Positions 12,043 through 39,899 of a stretch of 64,000 bases of DNA are shown piece by piece. Each line of letters opens with the position of its first letter. Positions within the stretch are counted from its first letter, which is position 1. This stretch comes from Phyllobates terribilis (Eukaryota), in NCBI RefSeq assembly GCF_046119375.1, contig NW_027362764.1, forward strand, positions 57,288,001 through 57,352,000, given 5' to 3'. The translations under genes and the position numbers were made by a program. The notes under the pieces were generated by a model. It ran no database searches. It worked only from the letters and a program-made list of their open reading frames with translations, and was not told where the DNA came from.

Positions 12043-12594
12043 GTAAGAGGACATCATCGGGGGATCTGTAGGTAGTGCTGCTGTTTTTATCCAATCCGTC
12101 ATTTTATTAAAGGAATTTTTTGTTTGTTCTTATTTTCTTTTGTAAAAAGTTCTGCAACTTTATAGGACTTTATTTCACTTTTTCACCATTTTTCGATGGT
12201 TGTCGCAGTGTGTCAGTGCAGGCGAGGCTCAGTGGGAAGGCTGGGAGCGACGTACGCACGTATCGAAGACTTCCCCCGTATACGTCTGATGGACGGTGCT
12301 GACGCTGTGTGCTCGTGCTTCTGTGTTTAGCTTACAGAGCATTGCCTAAACTGATACATTGTAGCAAACTGACAGTATAGTTTAAAGGGATGTTCCCAAA
12401 ATCACCATGTTGGCTCAGTGTGTAGAATCGCCCATCTTTATAGAGACCTAATTTTTCAAAATGAACCATTTCTCTACGATCACTTCCCAAAAACCCCTTT
12501 CCCCGGCTGTACCTGAGCTCCCAATCCAGACGTCGTCCTGTGGTTCTCACCGCTCAGCTCCTTCTGTAGCTTCTCTCCATCTCTGCCGCTGTAA

Positions 12595-12908
12595 GGCCGC
12601 GTTCACTCTACGTTTTATCCACTCATCATTGTCTCTGTCGGAGCTTACCGTTTGTCTGAAGCCCTGATAACTGGATTCAGATGTTTGCACTGACTGTAAT
12701 GATGGAGGAGCCGCTGTGTGGGACATTTTCGACAGAATCCCCATATTTGACGCGGGCACCAAAATAGTCGACTGCGATACGTCCCAAAGTTACATCCCGC
12801 ACAGCGACGGATTCATTATACGCAGTACGAATCCAGTTTTCAGGGCTTCAGACATAAGGTCCGACAAAGCCACCGACAAGTGGATAAAACGTGATGTGAA
12901 CACAGCCC
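12595..12908. mobile_element. Palindromic PIF/Harbinger-like MITE
   Basis: TAA|GGCCGCGTTCAC ... GTGAACACAGCC; internal inverted arms at about 12611-12680 and 12829-12892. Confidence 0.65.
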
Positions 12909-12988
12909 AATACTGCAGGAAAACTGCATTCTCCGCTTACCATCCTCTGCTCTGACCGAGCATCAGCCGCTCTTTCACTGCTCCTTTT

Positions 12989-13761
12989 GGCTGGGTGCCC
13001 ACGTAGCGTTTTTCAAGCGTTTATGCTGCGGAATTTCCGCAGCGGAAACGCTTGTGAAACGCATGGTAATCCGCACCCCATGGTCCCCAAGGGGATTCTG
13101 CATGTTCTATGCACATGCTGCGTACAAAAATCCGCAGCATGTCATTTAATTTTGCGGAAGCGCAGCGGAACTCCCGCCATTGACTTGCATTGAAACGCAT
13201 AGAAACCAAGACTGTACATTTGTACAAGCGGCTTCTATGCGTCTCTATGTGCGGATGGTACCCAGTTCTGGAGGAGAGGAGACTCTCATCCAGACCTGGG
13301 TACCATTGTACCTGTAAAAAAAGAATAAAATAACAAATAAAGTTATATTCACCTGTCCGGCGTCTTCTCTCTGAATGCCGGCATCGCTTGAGGACCTGTG
13401 GTGACGTCACAGTCATGTGACCGCAGGCCCTTCACCGCTCTGTCTCGCGATATGCCGGCAGCCGGGAACCAGAGAGGAACGAGCGCTGCAGCCACGCCGG
13501 GGCCTCGGGGGTGAGTATAGCTTTATTTGTTTTAATTTTTACGGTTCACACTGTATAAATCCATGCTGTTTGCATGGATTTATACAGTGTGACCTAGTTG
13601 TCAAGCACTTTCCAAGTGATGCTATCGCCTGGAAAGCGCTTGTCAATCTGCATGCGGAAACGCATGTGGATCCGCATGTATTCTGCAGGAAAAACGCATG
13701 CACAATCTGCATGCGTTTTTTCTGCCAGGGAGATGCATTTCTGCATCGTGGGCACATAGCC
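12989..13761. mobile_element. PIF/Harbinger-like MITE
   Basis: GGCTGGGTGCCCACG ... CGTGGGCACATAGCC|TAA with internal palindromic GCGGAA/TTCCGC repeats. Confidence 0.65.
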
Positions 13762-13799
13762 TAACACCGAAGAAATTCTGTGCATGCTCGTTTACCATC

Positions 13800-15787
13800 T
13801 CTTTTCATTTGTTTCCCTTTCTCTCTCTTTCTTTTTTCTGTCTTTTTCTCTTTTCGTGTTTTCTCGCTCTTCTGGTTCTCTCTTTTTTCTTTTTTTCTCT
13901 TTCTTTCTCTCGCTGTCTTTCTTTCTCTCGCNNNNNNNNNNNNNNNNNNNNNNNNNNNNNNNNNNNNNNNNNNNNNNNNNNNNNNNNNNNNNNNNNNNNN
14001 NNNNNNNNNNNNNNNNNNNNNNNNNNNNNNNNNNNNNNNNNNNNNNNNNNNNNNNNNNNTCTCTCTCGCTCTCTCTTTTTCTCGCTCTTTCTCTCTCGCT
14101 CTCTTTCTCTCTCGCTCTCTTTCTCTCTCGCTCTCTCTCTTTTTCTCTCTCGCTCTCTCTCTTTTTCTCTCTCGCTCTCTCTTTTTCTCTCTCGCTCTCT
14201 CTTTTTCTCTCTCGCTCTCTCTTTTTCTCTCTCGCTCTCTCTTTTTCTCTCTCGCTCTCTCTTTTTCTCTCTCGCTCTCTTTTTCTCTCTCGCTCTCTCT
14301 TTTTCTCTCTCGCTCTCTCTCTTTTTCTCTCTCGCTCTCTCTCTTTTTCTCTCTCGCTCTCTCTTTTTCTCTCTCGCTCTCTCTTTTTCTCTCTCNNNNN
14401 NNNNNNNNNNNNNNNNNNNNNNNNNNNNNNNNNNNNNNNNNNNNNNNNNNNNNNNNNNNNNNNNNNNNNNNNNNNNNNNNNNNNNNNNNNNNNNNNNNNN
14501 NNNNNNNNNNNNNNNNNNNNNNNNNNNNNNNNNNNNNNNNNNNNNNNNNNNNNNNTCTTTTTCTCGCGCTCTCTCTTTTTCTCGCGCTCTCTCTTTTTCT
14601 CGCGCTCTCTCTTTTTCTCGCGCTCTCTCTTTTTCTCGCGCTCTCTCTTTTTCTCGCGCTCTCTTTTTCTCGCGCTCTCTCTTTTTCTCGCGCTCTCTTT
14701 TTCTCGCGCTCTCTCTTTTTCCCGCGCTCTTTTTCTCGCGCTCTTTTTTTCTCGCGCTCTTTTTTTCGCGCGCTCTTTTTTTCTCGCGCGCTCTTTTTTT
14801 CTCGCGCGCTCTCTTTTTCTCGCGCGCTCTCTTTTTCTCGCGCGCTCTCTTTTTCTCGCGCGCTCTCTTTTTCTCGCGCTCTCTCTTTTTCTCGCGCTCT
14901 CTCTTTTTCTCGCGCTCTCTCTTTTTCTCGCGCGCTCTCTCTTTTTCTCGCGCGCGCTCTCTCTTTTTCTCGCGCGCGCTCTCTCTTTTTCTCGCGCGCG
15001 CTCTCTCTTTTTCTCGCGCGCGCTCTCTCTTTTTCTCGCGCGCGCTCTCTCTTTTTCTCGCGCGCGCTCTCTTTTTTTCTCGCGCGCTCTCTCTCTTTTT
15101 CTCGCGCGCTCTCTCTCTTTTTCTCGCGCGCTCTCTCTCTTTTTCTCGCGCGCTCTCTCTCTTTTTCTCGCGCGCTCTCTCTCTTTTTCTCGCGCGCTCT
15201 CTCTCTTTTTCTCGCGCGCTCTCTCTCTTTTTCTCGCGCGCTCTCTCTCTTTTTCTCGCGCGCTCTCTCTCTTTTTCGCTCTCTTTTTCGCGCTCTCTCT
15301 CTTTTTCGCGCTCTCTCTCTTTTTCGCGCTCTCTCTCTTTTTCGCGCTCTTGCGCTCTCTCTCGCTCTTTTTCTCTCTCTCGCTCTTTTTCGCTCTCTCT
15401 CGCTCTTTTTCGCGCTCTCTCGCTCTTTTTCGCGCTCTCTCGCTCTTTTTCGCTCTCTCTCGCTCTTTCGCTCTCTCTCGCTCTCGCTCTTTTTCGCTCT
15501 CTCTCGCTCTCGCTCTTTTTCGCTCTCTCTCGCTCTCTCTCTTTTTCGCTCTCTCTCTCTTTTTCGCTCTCTCTCTCTTTTTCGCTCTCTCTCTCTTTTT
15601 CGCTCTCTCTCTCTTTTTCGCTCTCTCTCTCTTTTTCGCTCTCTCTCTCTTTTTCGCTCTCTCTCTTTTTCGCTCGCTCTCTCTTTTTCGCTCGCTCTCT
15701 CTTTTTCGCTCTCTCTCTCTCGCTCTCTCTCTCTTTTTTGCTCTCTCTTTTTTGCTCTCTCTCTTTTTCGCTCTCTCTCTTTTTTGC

Positions 15788-15820
<33 letters not shown>

Positions 15821-16675
15821 TTTTCGCTCTCTCTCATTTTTTCTTTCTCTCTCTTTTTTGCTCGCTCTCTCGCTCTCTCTTTTTCGCGCTCTCTCTCTTT
15901 TTCGCGCTCTCTCTCTTTTTCGCGCTCTCTCTCTTTTTCGCGCTCTCTCTCTTTTTCGCGCTCTCTCTCTTTTTCGCGCTCTCTCTCTTTTTCGCGCTCT
16001 CTCTCTTTTTCGCGCTCTCTCTCGCGCGCTCTCTCTCGCTCTCTCTTTTTCGCTCTCTCTCGCTCTCTCTTTTTCGCTCTCTCTCTCTTTTTCGCTCTCT
16101 CTCTTTTTCTCTCTCTCTCTCTTTTTCGCTCTCTCTCTCTTTTTCGCTCTCTCTCTCTTTTTCGCTCTCTCTCTCTTTTTCGCTCTCTCTCTCTTTTTCG
16201 CTCTCTCTCTCTTTTTCGCTCTCTCTCTCTTTTTCGCTCTCTCTCTCTTTTTCGCTCGCTCTCTCTTTTTCGCTCGCTCTCTCTTTTTCGCTCGCTCTCT
16301 CTTTTTCGCTCTCTCTCTTTTTCGCTCTCTCTCGCTCTCTCTCTTTTTCGCTCTCTCTCGCTCTCTCTCTTTTTCGCTCGCTCTCTCGCTCTCTCTCTTT
16401 TTCGCTCGCTCTCTCTTTTTCACTCTCTCTTTTTCGCTCTCTCTCTTTTTCGCTCGCTCTCGCTCTCTCTCTCTTTTTTGCTCTCTCTCTCTCTTTTTTG
16501 CTCTCTCTCTCTCTTTTTTGCTCTCTCTCTCTTTTTTGCTCTCTCTCTCTTTTTTGCGCTCTCTCTCTTTTTTGCGCTCTCTCTCTCTTTTTCTCTTTTT
16601 CGCTCTCTCTTGCGCTCTCTCTCTTTTTCGCGCTCTCTCTCTCTCTTTCGCTCTCGCGCGCCCGCGCTCTCGCTC
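13800..16675. repeat. ~2.9-kb compound (CT)n/TTTTT/(CG)n simple repeat containing two assembly gaps (13932-14059, 14396-14555)
   Basis: Plus strand almost entirely C and T; G occurs mainly as CG; runs of N. Confidence 0.95.
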
Positions 16676-16733
16676 CCAAGCTATAATTGCCTATTTCCCC
16701 AACTCTGGAGGAAGTTTGTCCTTTGCCCTTTAA

Positions 16734-17112
16734 AGGCTCGTCCACTCCTGGGAGACTCCTTTCCTAATACCTCCGGTGTTTTTGCATACTCATCCCCTGG
16801 ATCAGCTCCTCTGATGAAGCTCCTGCTTCTCCTCTCTGCAGTCGCATCACATTAGGTCTTGTGACCGCTGCGCCCTTCTCTATTGCTCCAGTGCAGACTT
16901 TTCTGGTGGAATACTCAATACTTCAGTCATTCTACGGTCGCTGATTGGCTGCAGTGGTCACATGAAATAATGCATGTTACCACAAAGACAGACAGCATGG
17001 AGATGGAAAGATTGGCACCAGTCCGGGAGGTAAGTGTGCAGAATGCACTTGTTATTTTCTGCACCAGACTAGATTTATTAAGAAGGGGTCGTCCAGAAGT
17101 GGACGGAGCCCT
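16734..17112. mobile_element. TTAA-flanked (T2/Kolobok-like) MITE
   Basis: TTAA|AGGCTCGTCCACT ... AGTGGACGGAGCCCT. Confidence 0.5.
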
Positions 17113-17789
17113 TCATAGAGGACCTGGCACTTGCCATAAAGATGCAAAAAAAATTGCTCTCGTGATTCATTATTATTATTATTTCCCTTGTCAGTTGGAG
17201 GTTGCGGGTCCATATAATAATCATCTCCCTTGGACACCATCATTTCTTACCAATCCGTCAGCGTCGTTCTCCCTCTGCGCTCGCTGACATTTTGTGTTTT
17301 GTTTTGTTCCTCTTCATTGATTTTTCTGCTTATTTTTACATTTTATTATCTGCCTGTTATTAATAGCGGCTTAAATGGCGGCATCGATCCCCGGCCCATC
17401 ATTTATTTAGAGGCAGGAGATGCACATAGCAATGGCTATATGAAATCATCGGCAGTCTCTTTCCAGCTCGCGGCTGCTTTATTCATGAGAGGCGTGCTGT
17501 CTCATTGCGTCTATAAAAAAAAATTGGAATATTTGTGTCTGCAGCTCCTATGCAGACCTATGTGCTTCCATGCCAACAGACTACAAACAAACCCGGTGTA
17601 GTCTGGTCCTGCCATCATTTTCCTTTCCACACATCACCTGCTTCTTTCTAATAATGCCTTAAAATTTTTTCCATGGTACCCCCAGACTGGAGTTCTGCTT
17701 TAGTAAGTGGAGCGTGACAAGGGCTCACAATGGGGTCCGGGTGGGCACATGGGTCACTTGCATCTGTCATCAGGTGTTGCATCCGGGAA

Positions 17790-19080
17790 GAAGTTAGAAA
17801 AGTTAATGGAAGCTGCAGGCAGACCGAAGACATCCAGGAGACTGCAGACAGATAGCAGAGTTACTGGAAGCCTTATACAGACAGCAGACAGGTAGCAGAG
17901 TTACTGGAAGTGACAGGCAGACTGAAGACGTCCAGGAGACTGCGGACATGCAGCAGAGTTACTGGAAGCCTTATACAGACCGCAGGCAGGTAGCAGAGTT
18001 ACTGGAAGCGACAGGCAGACTGAAGACGTCCAGGAGACTGCGGACAGGCAGCAGAGTTACTGGAAGCCTTAGACAGACCGCAGACAGGTAGCAGAGTTAC
18101 TGGAAGCCACAGACAGGTAGCAGAGTTACTGTCAGCCGTAGGCAGACCGCAGAGAGGTAGCAGAGTTACTGGAAGCCGTAGGCAGACCGCAGACAGGTAG
18201 CAGAGTTACTGGAAGCCGTAGGCAGACCGCAGGCAGGTAGCAGAGTTACTGGAACCGACAGGCAGACTGAAGACGTCCAGGAGACTGCGGACATGCAGCA
18301 GAGTTACTGGAAGCCGCAGGCAGACCGCAGACAGGTAGCAGAGTTACTGGAAGCCGTAGGCAGACCGCAGACAGGTAGCAGAGTTACTGGAAGCCGCAGG
18401 CAGGTAGCTGAGTTACTGGAAGCCGCAAGCAGACCGCAGGCAGGCAGCTGAGTTACTGGAAGCCTTAGACAGACCGCAGACAGGTAGCAGAGTTACTGGA
18501 AGCCGTAGGCAGACCGCAGACAGGTAGCAGAGTTACTGGAAGCCGTAGGCAGACCGCAGACAGGTAGCAGAGTTACTGGAAGCCGCAGGCCGACCGCAGA
18601 CAGGTAGCAGAGTTACTGGAAGCCGCAGGCCGACCGCAGACAGGTAGCAGAGTTACTGGAAGCCGCAGGCCGACCGCAGACAGGCAGCAAAGTTACTGGA
18701 AGCCGCAGGCAGACCGCAGACAGGTAGCAAAGTTACTGGAAGCCGCAGGCAGACCGCAGACAGGTAGCAGAGTTACTGGAAGCTGCAGGCTGACCGCAGG
18801 CAGGTAGCAGAGTTACTGGAAGCCGCAGGCCGACCGCAGACAGGTAGCAGAGTTACTGGAAGCCGCAGGCAGACCGCAGACAGGCAGCAAAGTTACTGGA
18901 AGCCGCAGGCAGACCGCAGACAGGTAGCAAAGTTACTGGAAGCCGCAGGCAGACCGCAGACAGGTAGCAGAGTTACTGGAAGCTGCAGGCTGACCGCAGG
19001 CAGGTAGCAGAGTTACTGGAAGCCGTAGGCAGACCGCAGACAGGTAGCAGAGTTACTGGAAGCTGCAGGCAGACAGATGT
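17790..19080. repeat. ~40-bp minisatellite (GCAGACAGGTAGCAGAGTTACTGGAAGCCGTAGGCAGACC)
   Basis: About 30 copies; diverged, longer units at the left end. Confidence 0.95.
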
Positions 19081-20320
19081 CCTGGAAATCGCAGACAGAA
19101 CTCCAGAGTAGCTAGAAAGTCTGAATAGCATGGAAGCCGCAGAATGTAGCCAGCTAGCGGTGGTCCTGAAAGCTGCAGACTGGTAACTCAGGGACTGTAA
19201 ACCACAGGCAGCCAGGAGACTTCCTGAAGACTGAGGACAGGAACTGTGCACAGAAAAACTAAGTCCTACTTGAAAGTCTTACTACCAGGACCCAGGTGTG
19301 CGTCTTGGGAGCCTTATACAGGCCTAGGAAGATAAACACATGGGAACACGTTGTGTTTTGGGAGCACGCCGGGCTACTTGCAAAGCACAACGTGGACCAC
19401 AACTAAGTTTAGCGGACTGGGGTGTAGGGAGCAGAGCCCGGATCTGGGACACGTGTGTAACATGGAGTTATTACTTATGTTCTGTATTCTGCTATTGATA
19501 CTGAAAGTTTCTGGATTGTTGGGCAGTGCTGAGCTGGATTATCAGATTAAAGGTCAATTCATGTGACCGTATTTTCTCGTCCATACTACATCCTCAAGTC
19601 TCTGTCTCAAATTTGTAGCATCGGAGACAAACTGTAAGCTGCTCGTTTGGGTAAGGAGACCTGCGGTTAGTTTTTAGGGCTGCAATGTGTATTGCTGGCA
19701 GAAAAATGAGTTAACTAAGAATCTACCAGTGAGCTCTTTCGGATAATGTTATGGGAGAGTTTAACTTTTTCGTGCCTTTTTCTGAGCTCCTCTCAGCTGG
19801 TTTATTTATGGTCTTTATATCTGCATCAGTACGGGAGCGTTAAAAGATCAGTGGAGTATTATTATTATTTTGCAAAGTGGACAATCCCTTTTAAGAATTT
19901 CATATTGTTATTATTGCTAATCTTATTAGTCCAGTCTGCCCTCTAGTGGCTGTGGTCCATCATGACATGTAGGTGAAGCAGGTCATATCCTGTAGATCAG
20001 GGGAGCATGATGTTTTTTAGTCCAGAGACCACATTACTAAGAGTTGCACAAATTTTAGGGATCGCCATCCTTGGCTTTGGATATGCAGCAGATACCGCAG
20101 GTAGATCACATCGTTTAGCTGTCGGCTGAATGATCCTCAGACAGTCTGATATCACCAATGATTCCACCAAAAGCTTCAAGGCAAATGGGGGCAATAATTT
20201 ATAGGAGTAAAGGGCGATAAGAGGCTGCCGAGAAACGCCCATCATCTTGGAGCCACATTGCAGATCCTGGATCTCACGCTGGTACATCCGCATGTGAAGA
20301 TGATTTCCCATACGTGATGA

Positions 20321-35955
<15,635 letters not shown>

Positions 35956-36085
35956 CCGGAACTAGACGCCCTCAGCCCCATGTGCACCTGCTGCAGACGC
36001 TGCTCATTTATCCGCTTCTTTTATTATGTATTTTTGTACACGCCTCTTGTTTTTTGGATAGAAATGCTGTAAAAATCTTATATTT

Positions 36086-36105
36086 ATTAAAAAGAAATAA
36101 ATAAA
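36086..36105 (+). terminator. KRIT1 polyadenylation signal cluster
   Basis: ATTAAA (36086-36091) and overlapping AATAAA (36096-36101, 36100-36105), followed by GT-rich sequence. Confidence 0.65.
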
Positions 36106-36639
36106 ATGTGGTCTGCTGCTTTATTGCTTACATTAAAGGGGTTCTCCGATCAGTTTTTAAATTTGAGCGGCACGACATGGAGGTGAAACAATAACAGAAG
36201 GCATACCCCGCCAATCAGCGGCCTTGTCACTGATGATCAGGGACATCATTGCTTCTGGTCCGAGGGAGACTGGTGGAGCCGAGTCCAGAAGGGAATATAC
36301 CTTTTTTCTGTCACCCATGATGGCACAACGAGAGAGGGGATCCGCCCTTCAAGGACAGGAAACCTTCAAGATAAAAAGGGCGGCGCCTCTCTCCGCCTCA
36401 GTGGTTTCCTGTCCTTGATGGGGGACCTTACTTCTAGTTGGCGGACAAAAAAGGATTTCCTAAATCTTCCTTCTCAACTTTTAAGCAGTCCTTTCGGAGG
36501 AAGAAATTTGGCCGCAGAAGGACGTCCACAGAACAATCTAGATGGGAGGATCGTTCCAGGAAAGTGAAAGGGTTTTTGTTCGGCAGTCCCTCCCAGGATA
36601 GTAGCAAACCGCCAAAATGACACTCTATCCCAGGTGGGA

Positions 36640-37990
36640 GGGAGGCTCTCTCTCTCTTCCTTCCAGCCTGGGAAAGGATCTCTTCCAGCAAGTGGATCCT
36701 CAATTTGGTAAAATCAGGTTTAAAACTGGAAATTCTGAGGAACCCACCAGAGAAATTTATCCCAACTGCCTTAAGATCCTCTCTACCAGAACAGCGGGCG
36801 CTGGAGGAAGAGATGTCAGGTCACCTGCAAAAGAACGTCTTGCTGGAGGTATCACCACAACAAGAAAGAAGAGGGTTCTATTCCCCCTTGTTCCTTATAA
36901 AGAAGCCGGACAATTCATTCAGAGTCATCCTCAACTTGAAAGGCCTAAACAAATTCCTGAACATTCCATCATTCAAGATGGAAACCAAAAAATCAACGAT
37001 AAGCCCTCTATTCCCCGGCTGCTACATGGCAGTGTTGGACCTAAAAAATGCGTAGGACCCAAAGGATGCGTATTACCATGTGCCAATCCATCACGACTTT
37101 CAAAGATACCTCAGAGTAGCCGTAACTGTACAGGGAGACGTCAAGCACTTCCAGTACAGAGCTCTTCCCTTCAGCCTAGCAGTGGCGCCCCGCATATTCA
37201 CAAAACTTATAGCGGAGGTTACGGCTCATCTCAGGGAGGAGAACAGATTGATCATTCCGTACCTGGACGACTTCCTAATAGTGGGCAAAACTTACGATCA
37301 CTGCCTGGCCCAAGTGGATCAGATCTGCACCATCTTAAAAAACTTTGGATGGTGTTTAAACTTAGTAAAATCAAAACTGATCCCGCATACAACTCAGATC
37401 TTTTTAGGCCTTACTCTGGATTCGGTTCGACAGGAATGCCGCCTGCCTGAGCAGAAAAGAGAAAAAATAAAAAAATTAGTCTCGACAGCCATAACAGACC
37501 CAGTAATGACTCTCAGGGGGGCCATGTCTCTGTTGGGGTCCCTCACCTCCTGCATCACAACGGTATGCTGGGCCCAATTTCATTGAAGAGAATTGCAATG
37601 GGACGTCCTAAAGAACGAAATCATCCTCAGGGGACATCTGGAGGGCAGGTTAATACTTCCACAAAATGTAATTCAGTCTCTGTATTGGTGGTTAGAGACA
37701 AACACATTCCAGACTGACGTCCCCTGGGTTCCCCAATTTACCAGACTGATTACTACAGACACCAGCCCCAGGGGGTGGGGGGCGCACCTAGACAACCGCC
37801 CGATATAGGGGACTTGGTCAGAGGAGGAGAGTCTGGAGTCTTCCAACATGTGGGAACTACGAGCTGTAGAGAAGGCACTAATCAGCTTCTTACCCCTTCT
37901 ACGAGGGCATCACATAAAAATTCTGTCCGACAACCAGGTCACGGTGGCATATGTAAACCACCAGGGGTGAACTCGCTCAAAATCACTAAT
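36640..37990 (+). pseudogene. DIRS #2 RT/RNase H
   Basis: FYSPLFL, ALPFSL, PYLDDFLI, TTDTSPRGWGAH, WELRAV; stops from an 18-bp duplication (37037-37072) and TGA at 37584. Confidence 0.92.
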
Positions 37991-38537
37991 GCAGATTGCG
38001 GGGAGAATATTTTCTCTAGTGGAAGGAAAAGTTATCTCTTTAAAGTCCCTTTATATCAGAGGAGAGGACAACACGAAGGCAGACTTTCTAAGTCGCAGGC
38101 CATTATTGCAGGGAGAATGGACTCTAAATCACTCAGTCTTCCGCCAGCTAGTGGCCATGTGGGGGTCTCCAGAGGTTTACCTGTTTGCGACCCGTCAGAA
38201 CAGCAAGTTAAAAAAGTTCTGCTCCCTGAATCCCACGGAAAACCCTTTAGTAGTAGACGCCTTCCAGTGCCGATGGGCTTTCAGTCTGACCTATGCCTTT
38301 CCCCCAACGTGCCTAATTCCAGCAGTGTTGAGGAAGATCCGGGAGGATCAGGCTAGAGTGGTCCTCATAGCCCCCTTCTGGCCCAAGAGACCATGGTTCT
38401 TTTGGCTAAGGAGCATGTCGGTCACTAACCCCTGGATTCTTCCAGAGATTCCCGACCTTCTTGCTCAAGGTTCTATATTCCATCCTCAGGTGAAAGGATT
38501 GCACTTAGCGGCCTGGAACTTGAGAGGTTGTTGCTAG
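37989..38537 (+). pseudogene. DIRS #2 methyltransferase-like domain (open for 182 codons)
   Basis: YLFATRQN...DAFQCRW...YAFPP...LIAPFWPKRPWF. Confidence 0.82.
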
Positions 38538-39558
38538 AGGGTCAGGGTTTCTCATCGAATCTAGTTACTACTCTTCTAGGTAGTAGGAAAGCAATCACTA
38601 CTAAAATTTACAGTAGAGTCTGGAAGAAGTTCTTGTCATCTCAGGGCTTCTCCCTGGGGGGGGGGGGCCTTCCCATAACGGCCACTTTGGAATTTCTTCA
38701 AAAAGGGCTGGAGAAAGGCCTAGCGGTTAGCACCTTAAAGGTCCAAATCTCTGCCTTAGGGGCCTTGTATAATTATAATCTGGCCGGTAACAAATGGATT
38801 TCCAGGTTCGTGAGGGCATGCAGTAGAGCCAATCCAGCGCCTATAATAAGGGTCCCTTCTTGGGATTTAAACTTGGTGCTAAACGCGTTAATAGGTTCTC
38901 CCTTTGAGACCCTTAGCTCAGGGTCCATAAAATTACTTACCCTAAAAACAATACTTCTGGTGGCCTTAACATCAGCACGGAGGGTTAGTGAGTTACAGGC
39001 TTTGTCTGCAGATCCTCCTTTTACCTTAGTGCTAGACGATAGGGTAGTTTTGAGACCAGACCCTGCTTTCCTTCCTAAAACTGTTTCTAAATTTCATATG
39101 TCTCAGGAGAAATCCCTACCATCTTCTGTCCTGAACCAAAAAATAGCAAGGGGGAAAAATTTCATACCTTGGATGTCAGGAGATGCCTTATACATTATTT
39201 AGCATCTTCAAGCTCATGGAGGAAGAATAGGGCTCTATTTGTCTCCTTTTAGGGCTCCCGAAAGGGATCAAAGGTCTCAAAAGGCACTCTATTAAGGTGG
39301 ATCCGGGAAGGCATCCCGATGGCCTATACGGGATCAAGCAGAGTTCCTCCTAACAATCTGAAGGCCCACTCTACACGGGGCATGGCTGCTTCCTGGGCAG
39401 AAAGAGCGGACATGCCCATTGAGCAAATATGTAAGGCGGCCACGTGGTCATCTCCGTCCACTTTCTATAATCACTATAGACTTGACCTTTCTGCCTCCTC
39501 TGATCTTGCATTTGGGAGAAGGGTTCTGCAGGCTGTGGTCCCTCCCTCACATACTTAG
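38528..39558 (+). pseudogene. DIRS #2 tyrosine recombinase (frameshifted near 39120)
   Basis: LTSARRVSEL, AHSTRG, FYNHYRL. Confidence 0.9.
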
Positions 39559-39899
39559 TTCTCTGTAATTCTCTCGTTATGCCGTCATGGGTGACAGAAA
39601 AACACGGTAATGTGTTTTTTTGGAACCCACGACGGCACCTTTACATTCCCTCCCTATCGCTATGGTGTTCACCTTCCGGTTGGTGGGTGTTGAGTATTCA
39701 CATGGGTGAAATTCGTTTATGGTTAGTAAAATTATGTGCTCTAACCGGAGAGTCCTCTCATGCTCTATAATCCACTGAGGCGGAGAGAGGCGCTGCCCTT
39801 TTTATCTTGAAGGTTTCCTGTCCTTGAAGGGCGGATCCCCTCTCTCGTTGTGCCGTCATAGGTTCCGAAAAAACACATTACCGGTAAGTAATATACGTG

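Larger units (their letters stand above)
36302..39897 (+). mobile_element. DIRS retrotransposon #2, both ITRs present, most of gag deleted (~3.6 kb)
   Basis: Left ITR 36302-36404 is the reverse complement of 39772-39862; ICR at about 39570-39635; RT/RH, MT and YR frames in between. Confidence 0.95.

Noticed and set aside
13698-16855. ORFs of 680-1020 aa (SLF-rich or ERK-rich)
   Set aside because: Translations of a CT/CG simple repeat spanning N gaps; stops are impossible in this base composition
16890-17035. Exon-like segment with a strong GTAAGT donor at 17030
   Set aside because: Lies inside a TTAA-flanked MITE, where such motifs are common; no homology
19997-20311. 104-aa minus-strand ORF with a faint resemblance to LINE RT
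   Set aside because: No clear catalytic motif; too weak to call
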